Positions 1 through 7,153 of a DNA stretch of 64,000 nt are shown in pieces. A program made the position numbers and the translations under genes. Positions within the stretch are counted from its first letter, which is position 1, and every line of letters starts with the position of its first letter. The notes below the pieces were generated by a model, which worked only from the letters and a program-made list of their open reading frames with translations, was not told the DNA's origin and made no database searches. This DNA is from an uncultured delta proteobacterium (GTDB lineage: Bacteria; Bdellovibrionota; FAC87; UBA2466), in contig CAVZSV010000005.1 in NCBI GenBank assembly GCA_963778115.1, positions 256,001 to 320,000 of the forward strand, read 5' to 3'.

Positions 1-78
1 GCGAATCAATACAATTTGAAAAAGCTATTTGCCCAAGTGAGCATCGATCCGACTTGCATACCTCACTCTACTCCATAA
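1..78 (+). CDS. 3' end of an upstream CDS (partial), probably part of the Tat/cytochrome cluster
   Basis: Frame 1 is open from base 1: ANQYNLKKLFAQVSIDPTCIPHSTP-stop (TAA 76-78), 12 bp before the next ATG. The YNLKKLF...C ending resembles the C-termini of DUF1585-like helical proteins (from memory). Confidence 0.55.
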   Translation, partial: ANQYNLKKLFAQVSIDPTCIPHSTP

Positions 79-90
79 AGGGGGAACGTC

Positions 91-639
91 ATGAAGTTCG
101 CATTTGCATTTCTTATGGGAGTGTTTTTGGCCTTCTCGACGACAAGCAGAGCGGAAACCCTAAGGCTTCGTAATTTCCGAGAATTGTTGGCCACCTATGA
201 AGTGACCACCGGAGTCAGTGCTAGCGATTTTGCAGTGGCAGCGACCTATGCGCAGGTAAAAAGCCGTTTGCCGTTTAAAGGGCAGGTGGGCGAGTTGAGT
301 TCTCCGACCCTTCTTGCGATCTATGCCCTTGCGGGAAGCTTTTGCTCCGCGATGGTAAAGCTAGAGGCCGCGGAATTGCCTTCCGAAAGAATGGCCTTTG
401 GGGATATCGATTTTACCAAAGGGACGGCTCAGTTTACTCCCGTCCTTCAAAATGCCGTTCTTAGTCGGCTCTCTTCCAACTTTTGGCAGAGAGACATGAC
501 GGCCGACGAAACGGCGAACCTGACTCAAACCTTTAACGATCTGGTTTCCGCCAGTGGGGCGGGAGCTACGGACACCCAAAATGTGGCCTTCATGCTGTGC
601 TCGGAGTTTGGCTCAAGCTTAGGCTTTCTTGTGAACTAA
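91..639 (+). CDS. Exported alpha-helical hypothetical protein
   Basis: Sec signal peptide (MKFAFAFLMG...SRA) and G-rich RBS. Pattern LRNFRELLATYEVTTGV...VKSRLP...LAGSFC, with two Cys. Confidence 0.75.
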   Translation: MKFAFAFLMGVFLAFSTTSRAETLRLRNFRELLATYEVTTGVSASDFAVAATYAQVKSRLPFKGQVGELSSPTLLAIYALAGSFCSAMVKLEAAELPSERMAFGDIDFTKGTAQFTPVLQNAVLSRLSSNFWQRDMTADETANLTQTFNDLVSASGAGATDTQNVAFMLCSEFGSSLGFLVN

Positions 640-650
640 AGGAAAATACC

Positions 651-2066
651 ATGTCAGAAAAAAAGAACCGTCCTCTGTTCTTGCATGGAAAGCCCATTAC
701 TCGTCGTCAGATGTTGGCCTCGGGGGTCATCGGATTTGCAGGTGCCATGAGCTTGCCGGATTTACTAGGACTTAGCCTTAGAAAAGCGTACGGATCGCTC
801 GTCAAAGAGGGAAAAGTGCACGATATAGGCCTTCCCTTCATCGCTTTTGACATGGCCGGAGGCGGCGCGCTTTCCGGAAATTTCTTAGTGGGCAAACAAG
901 GCGGCCCGACCGATTTGCTCGCCAGTTACGATCAGCTGGGTTGGAATCCAAGATCCACGGGCGCACTTTTCAGCGATTTCGGACTTCCGGTGGCCGCGAC
1001 CGCAAGTCAATTGCTTGCAGGAATCTTGGCCGGGACGACTCCCGAAGCTCGCGCCAATCTTAGGCTGGGAAGCATTTGTCACTTTTCGCAGGACGACTCC
1101 TCGACTAATAAGCTAAATCCCGCGGCGTTAGTGTTAAAAGCAACACAGCCGGGGCAATACATTTCCAATGGTTTAGGAAATGTGAATTCGACATCGGGCG
1201 GAAACAGCGACACCGCTTTGCCCGATCTGACCTTAAAGCCCACTTACGTAAGCGATCTTAACGACGTTCTAGGCGCCGCCAAGTTCGGTGGCGATGCCTA
1301 TTCGAGCGTGAACATGAACCAGCTCAAAGCGCTAGCCAAAGGGAGTCTCGCTTTATCGGCCACCCAGGGAAAAATGTTGATGGGAGACTCCGGCGGACCG
1401 ACACTTCAGGAGTTAGCTCAGATCGCCTATCAGAAAAATATAGACTTTGTGCAAGGCGTATCGGGGCTAGATCCCAGAGCGGATGCGACCATGTCAGCCC
1501 TCTATGGAATTACCACGGCCACCCCGACTTCCGATCCGAATGTGATATCGGCCGCCATCGCGATGAATGCCCTTAACGGGAACTCAGGGCCCGGAGTCTG
1601 GACCGTGGGAGGCTGCGATTACCACGACGGAACTCAAAGTACGGGAGATGCCAAGGATCTTGAGATGGGAACCGCTATCGGACGGGCCATTGAAGCGGCC
1701 CACAAGATGCAAAAGCCGCTCTTTTTCCAGCTGCTGACGGACGGTGGCCTATCGGCACAGCAGGGTACTCGAAACTGGCAAGAGGACTCCGGCAGCAAAG
1801 GGATGACCATTGTGGGCTTTTACCATCCCAAGGCAGCGCCTAAGTTCCATAAAAATCAAATTCAGATTGGCTACTACACCGACGCGCAAGCCGCCGAACG
1901 TTCCACTTTAATTGGCTCCGATCCGCTGCTCGTGGCCTATGCGGTCTTTGCGAATTACCTGAATTGCTCGGGGCTGATTTCGAAGTTCAACGATTTGGTT
2001 CCCGGTGTGTTTACGGGCGCCGGGGAGCTGGATAGTGTTCTGGTCTTCGACGGCGCTCCCGCATGA
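651..2066 (+). CDS. Tat-exported DUF1501-like protein
   Basis: ATG 651 follows AAGGA. Twin-arginine TRRQML plus a hydrophobic stretch. Motifs PFIAFDMAGG, GGCDYHDG and TDGG resemble DUF1501-type proteins. Confidence 0.7.
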   Translation: MSEKKNRPLFLHGKPITRRQMLASGVIGFAGAMSLPDLLGLSLRKAYGSLVKEGKVHDIGLPFIAFDMAGGGALSGNFLVGKQGGPTDLLASYDQLGWNPRSTGALFSDFGLPVAATASQLLAGILAGTTPEARANLRLGSICHFSQDDSSTNKLNPAALVLKATQPGQYISNGLGNVNSTSGGNSDTALPDLTLKPTYVSDLNDVLGAAKFGGDAYSSVNMNQLKALAKGSLALSATQGKMLMGDSGGPTLQELAQIAYQKNIDFVQGVSGLDPRADATMSALYGITTATPTSDPNVISAAIAMNALNGNSGPGVWTVGGCDYHDGTQSTGDAKDLEMGTAIGRAIEAAHKMQKPLFFQLLTDGGLSAQQGTRNWQEDSGSKGMTIVGFYHPKAAPKFHKNQIQIGYYTDAQAAERSTLIGSDPLLVAYAVFANYLNCSGLISKFNDLVPGVFTGAGELDSVLVFDGAPA

Positions 2067-3241
2067 ATCGTCGACGCTTAGTCCTGGTCTTAACGCTATT
2101 GACTCTGTGGAGTGGCGGCGGTGAAGCCTCTTCGGTTGTTCTTTCTTCTCATGTTTTACAGGCTTCTCTCGATCAGACGGCTCCTTGTACTAGCGGTATC
2201 ACGGCATTTCAAAATACCGTTTACGCAAAAATAACCAGAGACTGCAAACTTTGCCACGACGGCTCCAATGCGGCGGCACCGGCCTACGATTCGGGCGACC
2301 TCACCCAGACCTATTTTTCGGTAAGTAACTATGTCGATTTTCAGAATCCCGAGACTTCCACCTTTGTCGTGCGAGCAGGCAACGGTCACTGTGGGTTAGA
2401 CAATTGCGATACGGCTTCGGGAGCTGACATGCTTACGCAAGTGAAAGCTTGGTGGGATCAGGGGCAAAAGACGTGTCAGGTAAATGGCAAATATTTTACC
2501 GCGGAACTTCCCGTTCCCGCAGATCTGCCCGAAAAGACCGCTTGGACATTGCTTCAATGGGACCTTTCGACGGTGTCGTTAAATCTTACCGGTTTTACTT
2601 TCGGTATTGACGCCCAGTATTTACTAAAGCCTTCGGCCACCAACGCAGGGGCTTACCGCTTCCGAAAGCCTCGGCTATTAACGGGAAATAGACCGGTTCA
2701 TGTCAATAACATTAAGATTCTCATCAACCGCGGTTTTAATCCGATCGATAATATCTATACGATCGTAGATCGCATCGTCTCTCCGCAGCACGGACCGGCC
2801 GGCGAAGCGGCCCCCTATCCGACACTTTCGGCCGATACTTTGATTACGATTCCGCAGACCGCTTCCGATAAATTGTCGATCGCCTTTGATGTTATTCAAC
2901 TAGCGAGTTCGGTTCCCTGCAAAGCTCTGGATAACTTTACCGACAATATTTTCCCTTATTTTCGTCAAGGGACCTGCTTCTCTTGCCATGGAGGGGAGGG
3001 GGGAGCCGGTACCAGCCCCGCCAATGTCACCTATAATATGGATCTGCCCAACGACCAACTCTGTCAGGGAGTCAGAGAGCGTGTGGATTTTAGTGACGCG
3101 ATTCAATCCCCGTTTCTTTCATTCGGCGCTCGAGGAAAGTTCGATCATCCTCAAACCCTTCCCAACCCCGACACTTTCGCACAGGATTTTTTGACTTGGA
3201 CCCAGGCGGAAGCGGCCCAGCCAAATTCGCTGCCGCACTAA
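2063..3241 (+). CDS. Exported di-haem c-type cytochrome with a central beta-rich domain
   Basis: Signal peptide; CKLCH and CFSCH lie in two similar terminal domains; ATGA overlap with the upstream gene. Confidence 0.8.
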   Translation: MNRRRLVLVLTLLTLWSGGGEASSVVLSSHVLQASLDQTAPCTSGITAFQNTVYAKITRDCKLCHDGSNAAAPAYDSGDLTQTYFSVSNYVDFQNPETSTFVVRAGNGHCGLDNCDTASGADMLTQVKAWWDQGQKTCQVNGKYFTAELPVPADLPEKTAWTLLQWDLSTVSLNLTGFTFGIDAQYLLKPSATNAGAYRFRKPRLLTGNRPVHVNNIKILINRGFNPIDNIYTIVDRIVSPQHGPAGEAAPYPTLSADTLITIPQTASDKLSIAFDVIQLASSVPCKALDNFTDNIFPYFRQGTCFSCHGGEGGAGTSPANVTYNMDLPNDQLCQGVRERVDFSDAIQSPFLSFGARGKFDHPQTLPNPDTFAQDFLTWTQAEAAQPNSLPH

Positions 3242-3285
3242 AAGGGATTTAAAGCAATCCGTTACCTTGCCATCCCTTGCTTAAT

Positions 3286-3349
3286 TGGACTCGAGGTAAC
3301 GTGGACTCGAGGTAACGTGGACTCGAGGTAACGTGGACTCGAGGTAACG
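3286..3349. repeat. Perfect tandem repeat, 4 x 16 bp (TGGACTCGAGGTAACG)
   Basis: Copies at 3286, 3302, 3318 and 3334 with no spacers; intergenic. Confidence 0.95.
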
Positions 3350-3439
3350 GATACGTTTAGGCAAACTAAGTAAACTCCCGTTGTCATAGGTTTTTAGCGT
3401 TCATCTTGAAAAACCGACCTGGTGTGTTAAGGCTGACCT

Positions 3440-5293
3440 ATGCAAAAAATACTTATGGGTTTATTAGGGGTACTTTTTTCCGTTTCCGCAGTTGCTGAAA
3501 GTGATATCGCGGATGCTAGCCAAAAAGCATTAACCCTTCTCCCGGAGGAAAGGCTCGTCACGATCCTTTCTACCAATGACATCCATGGAGGGGTGGAACC
3601 TAGCCAAGATCCCAGTGGTAAAGCTTGGGGGGGCTTAGCCCTTTGGTCGGGTGCCGTGAAATCCATCCGGCAGGGGATTCAAAAAAGGTATCAAGCCCAT
3701 GCCGGGACGTTAGTTCTCGATGCGGGGGATCAGTTTCAAGGAACTCTCATTAGTAACTATGATGAAGGGCAGCTCGTTTTTGCGGCCATGAATGCCGTGG
3801 GTTACGACGCGGCCATTCCCGGAAATCATGATTTCGATTTTGGTCCGATTGGCTGGCTGGTCGATCAGTCAAGCGACCCTTCCAAGCGGTTAGAGGCACT
3901 GACTCGGGTGGCCTCAGAAGCCTCCTTCCCTCTGCTTTCCGCGAACACCTTCTTAAGAAGCTCCATTCAAGATTCCAGCGCAAGGTCCATTGAAGTGGAA
4001 AATGCCAACTGTAAGCCAGTGTCCTTGGGAACCATTGATTGGAGCCGTGCCAAAAATCCCGCTTTTTTGAAACCCTATAAGATTTTCTCTTTGGCTGACG
4101 TCCGAGTGGCTGTCATTGGAGTCGATAATCCGATGACTCCCAAGAGTACGACCGCCGACAATGTCAGTGATCTCTGTTTTGCCGATCCGGGCGATACTTA
4201 TCTTCGCTGGAGAAATGCCTTAGCCTCTCAGGCAGACGTGTTTGTCATGATCATTCATGATGGAGATGTCATGGGGCAACATAAGATGCTGGAGTTCGTA
4301 GAAAAGCTTAATCCCCAGGGCGCACATCAGATAGACGCGGTCATCTCGGGCCATACGCACATGAATTACAATGAGGATGCCAATGGAGTGCCGGTCATCC
4401 AGTCGGGCTCGGGAGGGAAAAACTTTGGTCGCATCGATCTGGTATGGAACACGACGACAAAAAGTCTCAACGCTTCCAAAACGCGAAGTTTTGCGGGAAT
4501 TAGATTGCTGGGACAAGCGTGCGATGAAAAGGCCAAGCCCTTTTGCAGTGTGGTCAAAGGAACGGTAAAGTACGAAGGGGTCACGATGGTGGCGGATCCG
4601 GTGGTGAATAGTGCCATTCAAAAGGCGCGATCCGCCGTTCAGTCATTGGCGTCGAGACGTCTTGGAAGGGCCGCGAAAGAGATGGATCACGACCGGACGA
4701 AAGAGAGCCAGCTGTCGGATGCGATCTGTGATTCGTTACGTGATATGACCGGGGCCGATGTCGCTTTTATCAATGGGAGTGGTCTTAGAGCCCCCATTCG
4801 GCAAGGAGATTTCACTTACGAAGACCTCTTTCGCGTGTTGCCCTTTAATAACCACGAAATGGTTATAGGCCCCATGACGACAGCACAACTCGTCGAGCTG
4901 ATAGGGCGGTCTGTGAAGAGCTGCGGAACTATAGACGCTTTGATGCAAAGCGGACTTAAAGTGACGTTTCAGCGCAATTGTAACAAGGCACCGGCCAAAG
5001 AAAGTGGAATCGACGATAGTGCGCAATTACTTCATGTCGAGACTCTTGCCGGAGAAGTTCTTTTTGATGCCAATCCGACCGTGGCCAAAGCGGTCACCGC
5101 CAATAGGTCGTTTAAGGTAGCCACACTAGATTTTCTAGCTGCTGGTGGTTCGGGCTATGCGACATTTAAGACAGCTCCTCTCATTGAAGACAAAGGGATC
5201 TTCCGCGAAGCTTTGACCAACGGATTCCTTAAGCAGCCCGCTAACTGGAACGGGGATATAGACGGGCGGTGGAAGGATTTAGGAACGCCGTAG
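3440..5293 (+). CDS. Periplasmic 5'-nucleotidase / bifunctional metallophosphoesterase (UshA-like)
   Basis: Signal peptide. Metallophosphoesterase motifs TNDIHG, DAGDQFQG, GNHDFDFG and GHTH. C-terminal 5'-nucleotidase domain (NGSGLR, LPFNN, FLAAGGSGY). Confidence 0.92.
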   Translation: MQKILMGLLGVLFSVSAVAESDIADASQKALTLLPEERLVTILSTNDIHGGVEPSQDPSGKAWGGLALWSGAVKSIRQGIQKRYQAHAGTLVLDAGDQFQGTLISNYDEGQLVFAAMNAVGYDAAIPGNHDFDFGPIGWLVDQSSDPSKRLEALTRVASEASFPLLSANTFLRSSIQDSSARSIEVENANCKPVSLGTIDWSRAKNPAFLKPYKIFSLADVRVAVIGVDNPMTPKSTTADNVSDLCFADPGDTYLRWRNALASQADVFVMIIHDGDVMGQHKMLEFVEKLNPQGAHQIDAVISGHTHMNYNEDANGVPVIQSGSGGKNFGRIDLVWNTTTKSLNASKTRSFAGIRLLGQACDEKAKPFCSVVKGTVKYEGVTMVADPVVNSAIQKARSAVQSLASRRLGRAAKEMDHDRTKESQLSDAICDSLRDMTGADVAFINGSGLRAPIRQGDFTYEDLFRVLPFNNHEMVIGPMTTAQLVELIGRSVKSCGTIDALMQSGLKVTFQRNCNKAPAKESGIDDSAQLLHVETLAGEVLFDANPTVAKAVTANRSFKVATLDFLAAGGSGYATFKTAPLIEDKGIFREALTNGFLKQPANWNGDIDGRWKDLGTP

Positions 5294-5397
5294 AGGGCTC
5301 TTCTTACTCCTTCGTAAAAATTCTAACCGAAGCTCCACTTGTCATCGTCGATGGCTCGGCGTATTTTCGATCCACCTTTCCAGGAGGCGATTACCTT

Positions 5398-6366
5398 ATG
5401 CGTACAACCATGCGGGCGGTGGCATTTGATTGCTTTGGGGGACCCGAGGTCCTAAAGGTGGTTGAAGTTGCGACCCCGCAAGCGGGTCCCAACGAAGTCT
5501 TACTCCAAGTTGCCTATGCCGCATTAAATCCTATCGACTGGAGGATCAGAAAAGGGCAGTTCAAAGATCTCCTCCCTTATGAATTTCCCATCACTCCGGG
5601 CTTTGACGTGTCGGGGACGATCGTAGCGCAAGGCTGCGAGGTGAAAGGCTTTGGCATCGGTACGCGGTGTTTTGCCTATTCTCGCAAACCTAGTCTTCAT
5701 GCGGGAACCTATTCGGAATATACGACGATCGATGCTTCATCGCTAGTGGAAGTCCCCCGACGTTTGACCCTGGCGGAGGCGGCATCGATTCCTCTGGTTT
5801 CCCTCACCGCTAAACAGGCCCTGTTCGATACGGCCAAACTGCAAGAAGGGCAAACCGTATTGATTCACGGGGGGGCCGGTGGAGTGGGGGGAATGGCCAT
5901 TCAACTAGCGAAAACGCGCGGGGCCAAAGTTATCTCGACGGCGAGCCGAAGAAACCATCTCTATGTGAGAGAGCTGGGGGCTGACATGGTCATCGACTAT
6001 CAAGAAGATCCTTTCGCACGTCTCATAAAGTCGTTCCATCCCCACGGAATTGATGCTGTGTTGGATACCGTGGGAGGATTGGTCCTAAAAGAGAGTTACT
6101 CGGTCGTAAAACCCCGGGGTCAATTAATCAGTATAGTTGAGTCGCCCGATACCCTTCGCTCGAAGGAGCTTGGAATTTATTCTCACTTCGTCGAAGTGAC
6201 TCCCAGCGGGAAGGATCTTGGCGAAATCGCAGCCCTCTTTCAAGCAGGACAGCTAAGGCCCCTGGCCCTTACTATTTTTCCTATGGAGAATGCTAGAGCT
6301 GCTCACGAAAGAAGTGAGACGGGGCGGCAGCGCGGCAAGATCGTGTTACGGGTTTTCGGCGAATAA
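5398..6366 (+). CDS. NADPH:quinone oxidoreductase (MDR / zeta-crystallin-like family)
   Basis: ATG 5398 follows AGGAGG. Motifs FGGPEVL, LNPIDW, PGFDVSG, LIHGGAGGVG and RGKIVL. Confidence 0.9.
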   Translation: MRTTMRAVAFDCFGGPEVLKVVEVATPQAGPNEVLLQVAYAALNPIDWRIRKGQFKDLLPYEFPITPGFDVSGTIVAQGCEVKGFGIGTRCFAYSRKPSLHAGTYSEYTTIDASSLVEVPRRLTLAEAASIPLVSLTAKQALFDTAKLQEGQTVLIHGGAGGVGGMAIQLAKTRGAKVISTASRRNHLYVRELGADMVIDYQEDPFARLIKSFHPHGIDAVLDTVGGLVLKESYSVVKPRGQLISIVESPDTLRSKELGIYSHFVEVTPSGKDLGEIAALFQAGQLRPLALTIFPMENARAAHERSETGRQRGKIVLRVFGE

Positions 6367-6496
6367 ATTTCCAAATTGTCAATTTTGTGTTTTTCCTTCC
6401 ATTTGTTTCGGTTCTCACCTTGACCGAACTACGGGTTATTCATTATTGTTTTTTCGTTCAATTAATTGACGGAAGGCGCCCCGGTAGGACTCGCTC

Positions 6497-7153
6497 ATGC
6501 CACAGATCTTTCATCGAAGAACCAACACCATCTCGCGGGTCAGTCTCGTTGTTCTTTTCTTTGCCGTTATAGGATCGCTCGTCGCCATTTGGGCCATCGA
6601 TTCTTCTCCCTTTTCTACCGACGTGGGAATCATTCAAGAGCAGCCGGTTCCTTTTAGCCATGCGCATCATGTGGGAGATATCGGTCTCGATTGCCGCTAT
6701 TGTCATAAGAGTGTCGAAGTCTCACCGGTAGCGGGGGTTCCCGGCGCCAGTGTTTGCATGCACTGCCACACGCAAATTTGGCCGACGAGTCCGATGCTTG
6801 CGCCGATAAGAGATTCTTATAAGAACAATACTCCCGTCGAATGGACCCGGGTTCACGCGGTTCCGGATTTTGCTTACTTCAATCATAGTATTCACATCAA
6901 AAAAGGGGTCGGCTGTGAAACGTGCCACGGCCGGGTGGATCAGATGCCGTTGATGTACAAGCATGCTTCTTTGCAGATGGAATGGTGTTTGGGTTGCCAC
7001 CGATCTCCTGAGAAGTTCGTTCGGCCAAGAAGCGAAGTCTTTCATATGGGCTGGGAACTACCCGAAGGGACGACACAGCACCAGTTGGGAAAAGAGCTTG
7101 TCACCGAATATGACATTCACTCAAGAACGGATTGCTATACATGTCACAGGTAA
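6497..7153 (+). CDS. actA: Alternative complex III pentahaem cytochrome c subunit
   Basis: N-terminal TM helix; QPVPFSHAHH; five CxxCH motifs (CRYCH, CMHCH, CETCH, CLGCH, CYTCH). Confidence 0.95.
   Translation: MPQIFHRRTNTISRVSLVVLFFAVIGSLVAIWAIDSSPFSTDVGIIQEQPVPFSHAHHVGDIGLDCRYCHKSVEVSPVAGVPGASVCMHCHTQIWPTSPMLAPIRDSYKNNTPVEWTRVHAVPDFAYFNHSIHIKKGVGCETCHGRVDQMPLMYKHASLQMEWCLGCHRSPEKFVRPRSEVFHMGWELPEGTTQHQLGKELVTEYDIHSRTDCYTCHR

Noticed and set aside
555..565. 11-bp match (TGGGGCGGGAG) to the tRNA-Gln 3' end at 46883-46893 as an att site
   Set aside because: Short, inside a coding sequence, no integrase, and the 46 kb in between includes housekeeping operons.
597..650. N-terminal extensions in the ORF track (597, 5269, 18668, 36016, 41955, 54169, 58955, 62407)
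   Set aside because: Downstream ATGs have better RBSs or match family N-termini; several extensions overlap neighbouring genes or promoters.
651..2066. Type II secretion GspF label that I recall being attached to similar proteins
   Set aside because: The protein has a Tat signal and no multi-TM GspF/PilC architecture, and no other T2SS genes are nearby.
3286..3349. Tandem 16-mer as a CRISPR array
   Set aside because: Units are contiguous with no spacers, too short, and there are no cas genes in the window.
6458..6469. Palindrome TCAATTAATTGA upstream of actA as an FNR box
   Set aside because: Half-sites are in the wrong order and spacing for TTGAT-N4-ATCAA; AT-rich palindromes arise easily by chance.
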